Assembly (NCBI GenBank): GCA_963665665.1
Contig: OY762428.1
Location: 320,001-384,000 of the forward strand
Direction: 5' to 3'
Source: Candidatus Kapaibacterium sp.
Lineage (GTDB): Bacteria > Bacteroidota > Ignavibacteria > Kapaibacteriales > UBA2268
DNA: 64,000 nucleotides
This document shows, in pieces, positions 17,965-27,986 of the stretch. The stretch's first letter is position 1; each line of letters opens with the position of its first letter. The notes beneath the pieces are model-generated. The model did not search any database, was not told the DNA's origin, and worked only from the letters and a program-made list of their open reading frames with translations. Made by a program: the position numbers and the translations under genes.

Positions 17965-19461
17965 ATGCCAGGGAAAAAAATTATTATTATTGGTGCCGGA
18001 CCAGGTGGACTGTCTGCCGGGATGATATTAGCAAAAAAGGGTTTTGACGTAAATATCTACGAAAAACAAGAAATAATTGGCGGCCGTAACGGATTTATCA
18101 AGGCCGGTGATTTTAAATTTGACATCGGCCCCACATTTTTCCTTATGAAAGACGTACTTGAAGACATCTTCAACATTTGTTGGCGCCATCTTAGTGGTTA
18201 TGTTGATCTTGTTGAAGTTGATCCTATGTACAGGCTTGATTTCAAGGACAAGGTTCTGTTCCCTACAACCGATAAGCAAAGAATGGTAAAAGAACTTGAA
18301 AGGGTTTTTCCTGGTTCTTCTAACGGTTACTTACGTTTCAGAGATAATGAAGATAAAAAATATAAAAAACTTATACCCTGCCTTCAGGTTCCATACGGAA
18401 AGGTAAGTGATTACTTTTCGATGAGAATTTTAAAATCTCTTCCCTACCTTGATGCTCACATCAGCCTTTACGATGTTCTGGGAAGATATTTTGATAATGA
18501 AACGCAAAAAATATGCTTTACATTTCAGGCGAAATATATTGGCATGTCGCCTTGGGAAGCACCCGGGACTTTCAGTATTATTTCATATATCGAACACGGC
18601 GGAGGTATTTACCATGTGACAGGTGGCCTGAACAAACTTTCCGAAGCAATGGCAAAGGTGATTCAAGAGGAAAAGGGCCAGATCCACCTCGGCTGTGAAG
18701 TTGATGAAATTATTGTTGAAAATGGAGAAGCAAAGGGCGTTAAACTAAAAGACGGAACGATTGAAAAAGCTGATTACGTGATAGTTAATGCCGACTTCGC
18801 TAATGCAATGACCAAACTTGTCGGCCCGGAAAAAAGAAAAAAATATAACGACAGGAAACTTGAAAAAATGAAATATTCCTGCTCAACTTTCATGCTTTAT
18901 CTCGGATTGGATAAAGTGTACGATCATTTAGACCATCACAATATATTCTTTGCTGAAGATTACGCGAGAAATGTAAAGGAAATTTCCGAAAATAAAGTAA
19001 TTTCCGAGGATACATCATTTTATGTGCATAACCCCAGTAAAATTGATCCCACAATGGCTCCGGATGGAAAATCTGCTGTATATGTTCTTGTACCGGTAGG
19101 AAATCTCAGTAAGGGTATAGACTGGGAAGGCAATAAAGAAAAGTTCAGAGATAAAATTCTTGGACTTCTGGAAACAAGAGCAGGAATGAAAAATCTAAAA
19201 GAACATATTGAAGAATTAAGAGTAATTACGCCCGTAGACTGGCGGGATAAAATGGACGTCCACTACGGGGCAACTTTTAATCTCGGGCATAATATCGGGC
19301 AGATGCTTTACTTCAGGCCACATAATGAATTCGAAGAATTTAAAAACTGCTATCTTGTAGGAGGTGGTACTCATCCGGGCAGCGGACTCCCGACAATCTA
19401 TGAATCAGGAAGGATAAGCGCCGAAATGATTTTGAAAAATGAGGGAATGCAGTTAAAGTAG
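17965..19461 (+). CDS. Phytoene/diapophytoene desaturase family oxidoreductase (CrtI/CrtN-like)
   Basis: IIGAGPGGL FAD motif, FDIGPTF, SCSTFMLYLG, YLVGGGTHPGSGLP. Confidence 0.88.
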   Translation: MPGKKIIIIGAGPGGLSAGMILAKKGFDVNIYEKQEIIGGRNGFIKAGDFKFDIGPTFFLMKDVLEDIFNICWRHLSGYVDLVEVDPMYRLDFKDKVLFPTTDKQRMVKELERVFPGSSNGYLRFRDNEDKKYKKLIPCLQVPYGKVSDYFSMRILKSLPYLDAHISLYDVLGRYFDNETQKICFTFQAKYIGMSPWEAPGTFSIISYIEHGGGIYHVTGGLNKLSEAMAKVIQEEKGQIHLGCEVDEIIVENGEAKGVKLKDGTIEKADYVIVNADFANAMTKLVGPEKRKKYNDRKLEKMKYSCSTFMLYLGLDKVYDHLDHHNIFFAEDYARNVKEISENKVISEDTSFYVHNPSKIDPTMAPDGKSAVYVLVPVGNLSKGIDWEGNKEKFRDKILGLLETRAGMKNLKEHIEELRVITPVDWRDKMDVHYGATFNLGHNIGQMLYFRPHNEFEEFKNCYLVGGGTHPGSGLPTIYESGRISAEMILKNEGMQLK

Positions 19462-19633
19462 CTTTTTTCTAATTAATTATTTTTTACATAAGTTTATATA
19501 ATATACTTCGGCTAATCGATAACCGGATAGGAAAATATTTTTGCTTTGATTTTTCTATTTTGAATCCAAAGCTAAATATCGAATTTTATATAATGATTAT
19601 TTAAGATCACAAAAGACCGGAAAATTTGAGATT

Positions 19634-20770
19634 ATGACCCATTTAATACAAATCAGAAAAAAACTACACCAAATGGCTGAAATTTCGGGCAAAGAGAAAA
19701 ATACATCTAAATTTATTGCTGACTATCTGAAATCGACATCTCCGGCAAGAATTATTGAGAATATCGGAGGATATGGCGTAGCGGCAGAATATGGAACAGA
19801 TTCTCATTCACCTGTTATAATGCTGAGGGCAGATATCGACGCTCTGCCAATAACTGAAACTAATAATTTTGATTATATAAGCATTAACAAAGGAATATCC
19901 CATAAATGCGGACATGACGGCCATACAACTATACTTCTCGGGATTGCACAAAAAGCAAAATCTATTGCAGATAAATATTCCTGCCGAATAATTTTACTTT
20001 TCCAACCGGCAGAAGAAACTGCAACTGGCGCTAAGGCCATTCTGGAAGATGAGAAATTTGAAAGTATTCAGCCGGATTATATTTTCGGACTTCATAATCT
20101 TCCGGGCTATCCAAAAGGCAGTATTATTGTAAGGGACGGTGTATTTTCATCTGCCTCAAAAGGATTCAGTGTTCATTTTCAAGGCAGAACATCTCACGCA
20201 GCACATCCCGAGGAAGGAAAATCACCTGTTCTTGCTATGATTAATACAATCCAGGGATTAATGGCTTTGCCATCGCTTCACACCAAATTGGAAGATTCTG
20301 CTAATGTTACAATAATTCATGCCAGTCTCGGCGAGATTGCTTTCGGTACATCTCCGGGAAAAGCCGATGTTATGGCTACATTCAGATCATATAAAAACAG
20401 AGATATGGATAAAATAAGTACCGAAGCAGCAAAAATTTGTGATAATTTTGCAGCAGCCTATCATTTGAAGCATAATATCGAATGGCATGAGGAATTTCCT
20501 GCAAATGTAAATCATGAATTTTGTAATAGTATCATCAGGAAATCAGCAGAGGATCTCGGAATGGATATTGTTCAGCCTGAAATTCCCTTTCCCTGGTCTG
20601 AAGATTTTGCTTACTACACCGGGAAATATAAAGGTGCTTTTTTCGGGCTTGGTGCAGGACTTGAATGCCCGGGGCTGCACAATCCGGATTATGATTTTCA
20701 AGATGATATTATTGATAAGGGAATAGAAATATTTACCAGTATCATTACTAACATTCTGGAGAAAGGATAA
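19634..20770 (+). CDS. M20D amidohydrolase
   Basis: LRADIDALP, HKCGHDGH, FQPAEE, SHAAHP, SEDF, LHNPDYDF. Confidence 0.9.
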   Translation: MTHLIQIRKKLHQMAEISGKEKNTSKFIADYLKSTSPARIIENIGGYGVAAEYGTDSHSPVIMLRADIDALPITETNNFDYISINKGISHKCGHDGHTTILLGIAQKAKSIADKYSCRIILLFQPAEETATGAKAILEDEKFESIQPDYIFGLHNLPGYPKGSIIVRDGVFSSASKGFSVHFQGRTSHAAHPEEGKSPVLAMINTIQGLMALPSLHTKLEDSANVTIIHASLGEIAFGTSPGKADVMATFRSYKNRDMDKISTEAAKICDNFAAAYHLKHNIEWHEEFPANVNHEFCNSIIRKSAEDLGMDIVQPEIPFPWSEDFAYYTGKYKGAFFGLGAGLECPGLHNPDYDFQDDIIDKGIEIFTSIITNILEKG

Positions 20771-20777
20771 TTTTTTC

Positions 20778-21932
20778 ATGGTTCCTTGTTCTTATATTGA
20801 ATTGGATAAAAAAGCTTTAAAAAAAAATATACAATATTTAAAAAAGAGAATTGGTTCCGCGGAATTTGTTTCTGTAATTAAAGGTAACGCATACGGACAT
20901 GGAATTGAACCATACCTGCCCCTTGCTGAAGAATGCGGAGTGAAATATTTCGCTGTATCAGACAGCAATGAAGCAGAAAGAGCCTTCAGTGTTAAACGCC
21001 CTGAATCGCATATAATAATAATGAATATGGTTGACAACAGTGATTTAAAAGAAATAATTGAAAGTGGTATTTCTTTCTTTGTTTTCAATTTTGACAGGCT
21101 AAGGAAAACAATTGAAGTAGCAAAATCTATTGGAATACCTGCAAAGATCCATTTAGAGCTGGAAACTGGTTTAAACCGAACCGGGTTTAATGAAAAAGAA
21201 ATTCTGAAAGTAATTGATATTGTGAACGACAATAAGCAATGGCTTGAAATAATGGGTATATGTACTCATTATGCAGGAGCGGAAAGTATTGCAAATTATT
21301 ACAGAATCCAAAATCAGAAAACAAGTTTTGAAGAGTTAAAACTGCTTATTAGAAAGCGAGGCATTGTACCCGGATTTTATCATACCGCCTGTTCGGCAGC
21401 TGCTCTTACCTACCCGGATACAATAATGGGTATGGTGCGCTTTGGAATTGCTCAATATGGTTTTTGGCCCAGTAATGAAACCAGAATATATAACATGCTG
21501 TCTGATGAAGCACATTTTTCCAGCGATCCGCTAAAAAGAATTTTATCCTGGAAAAGTTCTGTAATTTCTGTTAAAGATATTCCTACAGGCGAATTTATTG
21601 GCTACGGAAATAATTATCTGGCAACCAAAGATATGAAAGTCGCAGTTATTCCTTTGGGATATTATCACGGTTATTCACGCAGCCTAAGCAACCTTGGATA
21701 TGTTCTTATTAATAAAAAGAAATCTCCGATAGTTGGAATGGTTAATATGAATATGATAATTACTGACGTAACTTGTATTTCAAATATTAAAATCGGAGAC
21801 GAAGTTGTGATAATCGGTAAGCAGGGAAAACATGTGATAACAGTTTCATCATTTTCCGACTTGTCGAATTATGTAAATTACGAAATGCTGGTCAGGCTTC
21901 CTTATGAAATACCAAGAAAGATTATTGGATAG
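20778..21932 (+). CDS. alr: Alanine racemase-family PLP amino-acid racemase
   Basis: VIKGNAYGHG (PLP Lys), ETGLNRTG, VRFGIAQYG, GY..GY, NYE. Confidence 0.85.
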   Translation: MVPCSYIELDKKALKKNIQYLKKRIGSAEFVSVIKGNAYGHGIEPYLPLAEECGVKYFAVSDSNEAERAFSVKRPESHIIIMNMVDNSDLKEIIESGISFFVFNFDRLRKTIEVAKSIGIPAKIHLELETGLNRTGFNEKEILKVIDIVNDNKQWLEIMGICTHYAGAESIANYYRIQNQKTSFEELKLLIRKRGIVPGFYHTACSAAALTYPDTIMGMVRFGIAQYGFWPSNETRIYNMLSDEAHFSSDPLKRILSWKSSVISVKDIPTGEFIGYGNNYLATKDMKVAVIPLGYYHGYSRSLSNLGYVLINKKKSPIVGMVNMNMIITDVTCISNIKIGDEVVIIGKQGKHVITVSSFSDLSNYVNYEMLVRLPYEIPRKIIG

Positions 21933-22216
21933 GGATATCAGCAAGATAGTGTTTATGATTATGCCCTTGCTGACTTTTTAGTTTGATTACTGCTATTAGC
22001 CCTAAAGCAATCTTTGATACAAATTCCAGAGCATACTGCCGGGTTTATTGAATCAGGTTTTGCCGTGCATTGTACACCTGGTAGATTTATTATCGTTTCG
22101 CTTATGAAATTTCATTAGCAGGAATAAATTCTTATATCTCAAAAATTTTTGTATATTTCCAGTATTAGAATTATATTCATTAGTTAGTATTAAAATCATT
22201 TCAGGAAGTTAACCAA

Positions 22217-23554
22217 ATGAAATTATTCAAGCCTTTTTACTTCGTTTTTTTATTTGTATTTTTTTTAGGAATTTCATGCAGCAAGCAGGAACCTGCTGAA
22301 AAATTTATCGATGAAAAGCCTTATCAAATTGGTAAATGGAATTCGTCAGATCAGAAACATTTAAATAAATGGCTGACAAATATTATTAATGAAAGTGGTA
22401 GAAACAAAAAAGATTTGCATCCCGTTATTCAGGAATTTAAGGAGATGATAGAGAACGATGCCCATCTGTTCATGCTTTTTACTCAAATGTTCGAACAGAT
22501 ACCGCAGGATTCAATTTTTCTGAGCGACCCAACAGGAAAACCACAGGTAAGGGATTACAAACACATGCTTGAATTACTCAACCATATAATAACCAGGGCA
22601 CCGGAATTCAATAAAACCGGGCTTGTCGGATTTCCGATTAATGCTATTCTTGACTGGCCAATGGGTACAAAAGCCGGTACAGAAGCATTTATGATAGAAA
22701 AAGTTAACCGGCAACTGAAAAAGATATTGAATACCTGGGCTGTATATCTGAACTCGGAAGACTCCCGTTATGTATTAAATGACGACCCGCGCAAAGGCTG
22801 GTTCGGAGAAGATGCACGCGAAGCTATGCCTACCTTTGTAGAAGATTTTGTTTGCGACCCCCAACTGCCATACTACGGATTTAGCTCATGGGATAATTTC
22901 TTCACCCGTGTTTTCCGCGATGGAAAAAGGCCCGTTGCCAGTCCCGACAATGATAATATTATTGCTAATGCCTGTGAATCCGCGCCATACCGCTTAGCTG
23001 AAAATGTAAAACTGACAGATAAATTCTGGATAAAATCACAGCCCTATTCACTTAAACACATGATGAACAGCGACCCTTTTACTGAAAAATTTATTGCCGG
23101 AACGATTTATCAGGCGTTTTTAAGTGCTGAAAGTTATCATCGCTGGCACTCACCTGTTAGCGGAAAAATAGTAAAAACTGAAATAATTGACGGCTCATAT
23201 TATGCAGAAACTCTCGCCGAGGGGTTCGACCCGGCCGGCCCAAATAATTCTCAGGGATATATCACTCATACCGCCGCAAGAGCATTAGTTTTTATCGAAG
23301 CAGACAATCCAAAAATCGGATTGATGGCTGCAATGTTTGTTGGAATGGCAGAAGTATCATCGAATGAATTTACTGTGGAAGCCGGGCAGCATATCAACAA
23401 AGGAGATCAGCTCGGAATGTTCCACTATGGTGGTTCAACTCATTGCCTGTTCTTCAGGCCGGAAGTAAAACTTGAGTTCAATCTTCGAGGACAAACTCCG
23501 GGGCTTGATACAAAGAATATTCTTGTCAGATCTGAATTGGCAGTGGTTAAGTAA
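22217..23554 (+). CDS. Phosphatidylserine decarboxylase-family proenzyme (PSDC-domain type) with lipoprotein signal
   Basis: Lipobox LGISC; GLVGFPINAILDW, FFTR.F, YHRWHSPV, GMAEVSS, FHYGGSTH cleavage motif. Confidence 0.85.
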   Translation: MKLFKPFYFVFLFVFFLGISCSKQEPAEKFIDEKPYQIGKWNSSDQKHLNKWLTNIINESGRNKKDLHPVIQEFKEMIENDAHLFMLFTQMFEQIPQDSIFLSDPTGKPQVRDYKHMLELLNHIITRAPEFNKTGLVGFPINAILDWPMGTKAGTEAFMIEKVNRQLKKILNTWAVYLNSEDSRYVLNDDPRKGWFGEDAREAMPTFVEDFVCDPQLPYYGFSSWDNFFTRVFRDGKRPVASPDNDNIIANACESAPYRLAENVKLTDKFWIKSQPYSLKHMMNSDPFTEKFIAGTIYQAFLSAESYHRWHSPVSGKIVKTEIIDGSYYAETLAEGFDPAGPNNSQGYITHTAARALVFIEADNPKIGLMAAMFVGMAEVSSNEFTVEAGQHINKGDQLGMFHYGGSTHCLFFRPEVKLEFNLRGQTPGLDTKNILVRSELAVVK

Positions 23555-23812
23555 TTAGTTTTCTTTGAATATATGTTTAAAAAATTAAAATACGAAGCTG
23601 CCATTTCATATCATATCGGTATATTTGATTGAGTAGCATATCCCGAGGGTATTATTCTCCCGCAAATCCAGTGGGAAATAAAGGCTGTCAAGACTTCCGA
23701 CAATTGCCGTTACATGAAATATAAGCGCAACCGCCCGGAAAGAAACTGCCATAAACTATAAATATTTCATGAAAAGAAAAAGGAAATTTGAGTTAGGGAG
23801 AGATTTAAATTA

Positions 23813-24238
23813 TTAATAAGGCTGTTTTTTTTCGTTGAATACGGCATAATTACCGGATTCAATTATTTCATATTGGTCAGGATTGAGATTAAGAAGATAG
23901 GCCCATGCGAATATTGTTTTCCTTCCGTCGCTAACACGTATTATTTTTCTCTCATATTCGTTTTCTGCCATATCATACTCAATAATTCCTTCATATTCAT
24001 CCATTAAATTCAAAATATTCTGCTTATTTTTTGTTATTCTAAACAAATCTGCACTAATATAATCTGATGAATCAGGGTCATAAATCGCACCGGGATATTC
24101 TCCGAGATCATACAACTTTCCCGGAAAAGATACTTCAGAAATAAAATCGGCATTTTCAGATAATAATTTCGAATATTTATTATCATTGCCTCTCATCAAT
24201 GTTCCGTAAACAACAATATAATCAGAATCATTTATCAT
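23813..24238 (-). CDS. Gamma-glutamylcyclotransferase family protein
   Basis: VYGTLMRG, LYDLGEYPG, MDEYEG, YER, AWAY, IESG. Confidence 0.88.
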   Translation of the reverse strand: MINDSDYIVVYGTLMRGNDNKYSKLLSENADFISEVSFPGKLYDLGEYPGAIYDPDSSDYISADLFRITKNKQNILNLMDEYEGIIEYDMAENEYERKIIRVSDGRKTIFAWAYLLNLNPDQYEIIESGNYAVFNEKKQPY

Positions 24239-24800
24239 TTAAAGCCATTTCCTTTGCCAAATTCAATGTTATATCAAACTGTTCTTCTTCCATATATTTA
24301 ATAACCCATTCATACTTTACTAACAGACGAAGATAGTAATCGAACATTTTTCTAATTTCATTGATTTTGAGCTGCTTCAAATCTTTAAATGTTGCAATAA
24401 GTTGGAAGAAATTCAGATAAATTGTTAAATATTCAACCAATTCCTTTTCTTCATCAAGAACGTTTTTATTATCCAGTACCTTTTCAACCGATAATTTCAG
24501 TTTCTCAAATTTACTATGCTGATCGCCCCAGTCAAGGATCTCACGTATTTCTTTGTATAGTATGTTTTCATAAAATTTTTCAAACATCTTGTTTAGCCAT
24601 TCTGCCTTCTTCAATTTTACCGTATGTCTGTAATTCAGAAATGTAAAAATTATTATCAACAGAGTACATGGATAAAATACAATCTCAAAAATTAGCTTTA
24701 TGACGTTAAGATATGATATTTCAGGCATAAAGAATTCTCCAAGGGTATGATTCGATAAAGTCTTATAAAATAAAAGATAAAAATAATTCCATGACTGCAA
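24228..24800 (-). CDS. Hypothetical protein with N-terminal TM helix, AT-rich
   Basis: 190-aa ORF overlapping the GGCT gene; TM helix then helical 'YLNFFQ.IA' region. Confidence 0.6.
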   Translation of the reverse strand: MQSWNYFYLLFYKTLSNHTLGEFFMPEISYLNVIKLIFEIVFYPCTLLIIIFTFLNYRHTVKLKKAEWLNKMFEKFYENILYKEIREILDWGDQHSKFEKLKLSVEKVLDNKNVLDEEKELVEYLTIYLNFFQLIATFKDLKQLKINEIRKMFDYYLRLLVKYEWVIKYMEEEQFDITLNLAKEMALNDK

Positions 24801-24909
24801 AATTTTTTTTTCATGTAAAGGTTTTTAGGCTTTAAAGAAATATTTTTAAAATTAGCTATGTGCAGATATTTCTAAAAGGTTCATGCGCAATATGCCCCGT
24901 ATAAATAAT

Positions 24910-24937
24910 ATGCCCAACACTAATTAATGTTGAGCAT
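24910..24937. promoter_or_regulatory. Inverted repeat, candidate enhancer-binding-protein site
   Basis: ATGCCCAACA-N8-TGTTGAGCAT, about 65-95 bp upstream of the sigma54-like box. Confidence 0.5.
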
Positions 24938-25003
24938 CTTTTATCATTAATTCAGGTTTTCGCTGAAAACATGAATAATTTCAAAATTGATAATTCGCAA
25001 TAA

Positions 25004-25018
25004 TGGCACATAATTTGA
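25004..25018 (+). promoter_or_regulatory. Sigma54-type -24/-12 promoter
   Basis: TGGCAC-ATAAT-TTGA; SD TAAGGAG before ATG 25055. Confidence 0.6.
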
Positions 25019-25054
25019 TTAATGAAAATTAAATATTAATTAAGGAGTTGAATT

Positions 25055-25693
25055 ATGTTTAAAACGTATTTTATACCAATTATAGCACTTTTTATAGGTT
25101 TTTTCGGCCTTGGCAGCGGTGCTGACAGCGATTCAGAGAACCTGCTTCACCCTGACGGGAACAATATTGACAGCATGATAACACGATTCGGGCAAAGTGC
25201 TTACAAATCTTTTTATTCTATTGAGGAATTAAGGCCGATCTCGATTATTCACTTAGACAAAACAAGCGAGATGTATGCTAATAAATGGATTTCCCCGGAT
25301 GAAATTATCCCACTTCTAAACAACGAGGAAAAAAAATCATTGAAATCACGCATCGGGGATATTATTGAAACTATGGAACCGGAAAGACGCAAAAACATGA
25401 CTTTGCAGATAAATAATTGGTGTATGGCCGACATTCAGTTCAGTGTTCTGCTAAATACAATGGGATTTGCCCCTTCTGAACTATTGAAAGCTGTTTATGA
25501 AAATGACAGAACAAGATATATATTTCATGAATTTGGTAAGCAGGGGAATACTGAAATTAACCTTATGGAACCAAATGATAAGGACAAGGCTCTGAATAAG
25601 GCAAAAAATGCAATATCATACATGACTAAAAAAGAGCAGATGGATTACTACTCAGATATATTTTCTAAGTTGGCCCTGATCGTTAAGAATTAG
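25055..25693 (+). CDS. Secreted hypothetical protein
   Basis: 212-aa ORF with strong SD, signal peptide and terminator. Confidence 0.7.
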   Translation: MFKTYFIPIIALFIGFFGLGSGADSDSENLLHPDGNNIDSMITRFGQSAYKSFYSIEELRPISIIHLDKTSEMYANKWISPDEIIPLLNNEEKKSLKSRIGDIIETMEPERRKNMTLQINNWCMADIQFSVLLNTMGFAPSELLKAVYENDRTRYIFHEFGKQGNTEINLMEPNDKDKALNKAKNAISYMTKKEQMDYYSDIFSKLALIVKN

Positions 25694-25712
25694 TTAGCCG
25701 ACAATTCACAAC

Positions 25713-25745
25713 AAAGCCCCGGAGTTATTCGGGGTTTTTATTTTT
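25713..25745 (+). terminator. Intrinsic terminator
   Basis: AAAGCCCCGGA-loop-TTCGGGGTTTTT. Confidence 0.7.
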
Positions 25746-25818
25746 AAACCAAAACTTTCAGAAAATTTTTACGTAAAGCCAAGTGAATAATTGACAAATA
25801 TTTTCCTTATATTGTAGT

Positions 25819-26520
25819 TTGTGTATTAACAAAAAAAAGATACGGAATATCATGGATATCAGAAAAATTGTTGGCATCATAATTATCATACTCGGAATAG
25901 GTTTTCTGCTGAATCGTTTTGATGTTATCGACTTTCCATTCAGCATATTTGAATGGTGGCCTACAATACTGATAATTATGGGCTTGCTGAAAATCAGCAA
26001 GAACAAAGAAAGTATGACAACCGGATTTGTTCTGATTGGGCTCGGTGTGATTTTTCAAGCTATTGAACTTGATATTCTGCCTGGCAACTTCTGGGATTAT
26101 TTCTGGCCTTTGCTACTGATTATTATCGGGTTAAGCCTGATCCGTGGCAGAAGGAAAAAAAAGCATGGTGCTTTTGAAGATAAGGAAAAACTTAACGAAT
26201 TTGTAGTTTTCGGTGGATCCGACCTCCGGGTAAATTCAACGGATTTTAAGGGTGGCAATCTTGGAGCAGTTTTCGGAGGACTTACAATAGATCTGAGAGA
26301 TGCAGAAATCTGTATGGGCCAGGCTGAACTTGATATATTCACTGCTTTTGGAAGTACCGAACTTTTCGTACCGGAGAACTGGAAAATAGTTACCAGCGGT
26401 ATGCCTATACTCGGGGCCATGGAAAATAAAACAAGGCCTTACTTCGGCGATAAAAATGATATCAGGCCGGTTCTTAACATTAAATACACTGTTCTTTTCG
26501 GAAGCATAGAAATTAAATAA
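25819..26520 (+). CDS. LiaF-like cell-envelope stress membrane protein (DUF5668 + DUF2154); start probably ATG 25852
   Basis: Four TM helices with WP motifs; VFGG..DLRDA, FGS.E..VP.NW. Confidence 0.82.
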   Translation: MCINKKKIRNIMDIRKIVGIIIIILGIGFLLNRFDVIDFPFSIFEWWPTILIIMGLLKISKNKESMTTGFVLIGLGVIFQAIELDILPGNFWDYFWPLLLIIIGLSLIRGRRKKKHGAFEDKEKLNEFVVFGGSDLRVNSTDFKGGNLGAVFGGLTIDLRDAEICMGQAELDIFTAFGSTELFVPENWKIVTSGMPILGAMENKTRPYFGDKNDIRPVLNIKYTVLFGSIEIK

Positions 26521-26551
26521 ATCAGTATTGGAAATTTAAGACGCATAAGTT

Positions 26552-27547
26552 ATGGAAGAGAAAAAAATTATTTTAAGCGGCATTCAGCCATCAGGAAAAC
26601 TTCATATAGGAAATTTATTCGGAGCTATTCAAAACTGGGTTAAAATGCAGGATGAGTTCAAATGCTTTTTTACTGTTGTTGACCTTCATGCAATTACTGT
26701 TCGCCAGGTTCCCGCAGATCTTAGAAAAAATACACTTGATCTGGCTGCATTATTACTGGCTTGCGGAATTGATCCTGAAAAGAGCTCACTTTTTGTTCAG
26801 TCGCACGTTACAGAGCATGCTCAGCTTGCCTGGGTGCTTGATACTTTTACCCAGATGGGTGAACTTAGCAGGATGACTCAGTTCAAGGAAAAATCCCGTC
26901 GCCATGAAGATAATATCAATGTCGGGCTTTTTGCCTATCCGGTACTTCAGGCTGCCGATATTTTGTTATACCAGGCTGACGCTGTTCCTGTTGGTGAAGA
27001 CCAGAAACAACACCTGGAGATTACAAGAGACATTGCAAACAGGTTCAATAATGCGTACTCGCCTACATTCAAACTACCCGAGCCATATATTCCGCCAGTT
27101 GGAGCAAGGATTATGAACCTGCAGGAACCGACAAAGAAAATGTCTAAATCAGACGACAATGAGAAAGCAACTGTATATGTTACTGACTCTGATAAAGAGA
27201 TCATAAATAAAATAAAAAGAGCAGTTACCGACTCCGGCGAGGGGATAACATTTTCAGACGACAAACCCGGAGTAAAAAATCTAATTTCGATTATGAATGC
27301 TGCAACAGGAATGAGCATTCAGCAAATTGAAGAAAAATACGGAAGCTATGGCTACGGAGATTTTAAACTTGCTGTTGGCGAGGCTCTGGCAGAGCATATT
27401 AACCCGATCAGAACCAGATATGAAGAAATAAGAAAAGACAAAAAACGTCTTCAGGAAGTGCTGGCCGGTGGTGCCGAGCAAGCTCGCAGGACAGCGTTCA
27501 AAACCCTAAGGAAAGTATATAAGAAAATAGGGTTCGTTCAGTTTTAA
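26552..27547 (+). CDS. trpS: Tryptophan--tRNA ligase
   Basis: SGIQPSG.LHIGN, YPVLQAADIL, VPVGEDQ.QH, KMSKS. Confidence 0.97.
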   Translation: MEEKKIILSGIQPSGKLHIGNLFGAIQNWVKMQDEFKCFFTVVDLHAITVRQVPADLRKNTLDLAALLLACGIDPEKSSLFVQSHVTEHAQLAWVLDTFTQMGELSRMTQFKEKSRRHEDNINVGLFAYPVLQAADILLYQADAVPVGEDQKQHLEITRDIANRFNNAYSPTFKLPEPYIPPVGARIMNLQEPTKKMSKSDDNEKATVYVTDSDKEIINKIKRAVTDSGEGITFSDDKPGVKNLISIMNAATGMSIQQIEEKYGSYGYGDFKLAVGEALAEHINPIRTRYEEIRKDKKRLQEVLAGGAEQARRTAFKTLRKVYKKIGFVQF

Positions 27548-27579
27548 ATTATAGATTTGGACAATAGGAGTGATAAAAG

Positions 27580-27915
27580 ATGCCGACATATCTGTACAAA
27601 TGCAGGAAATGTGAAAGAGAATTTCAGGTTGAACAAAGAATAACAGAGGATGCTCTGACAGAGTGTATCCTTGAGGATGAAAACGGTAATAAATGTGGAG
27701 GCGAAGTTTTCCGCAAGATCAGCCGGAATGTTGGTTTGATATTTAACGGAAGCGGATTTTACCTGACTGATTATGCCAATAAAAAAGGCTCGACTGCTTC
27801 GAACGGAACAAACGGACATAATGGGAACAGCAGCTCTAAGAAAAACGGAAGTACAGAAAAAACCGAAACAAAAGCAAAAACCGAGACAAAATCCCCTGCT
27901 AAATCAGAAGCATAA
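27580..27915 (+). CDS. FmdB-family zinc-ribbon protein
   Basis: MPTYLYKCRKC, FNGSGFY.TDY, low-complexity tail. Confidence 0.88.
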   Translation: MPTYLYKCRKCEREFQVEQRITEDALTECILEDENGNKCGGEVFRKISRNVGLIFNGSGFYLTDYANKKGSTASNGTNGHNGNSSSKKNGSTEKTETKAKTETKSPAKSEA

Positions 27916-27933
27916 AAATTATTTATAATAAAC

Positions 27934-27964
27934 AACCTTCCAGATTTTCATATCATGGAAGGTT
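27934..27964. terminator. Hairpin between convergent genes
   Basis: AACCTTCCA-loop-TGGAAGGTT. Confidence 0.6.
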
Positions 27965-27986
27965 ATTTGTTTAATATATTAAGTGA

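Noticed and set aside
21933-22216. Possible small ORF or ncRNA between alr and the PSD gene
   Set aside because: Only very short interrupted frames and no recognisable structure
23595-23770. Short minus-strand ORF (MKYL*FMAVSFRAVALIF...) with an in-frame TAG
   Set aside because: Under 60 aa with no recognisable homology; not enough to call a pseudogene or readthrough
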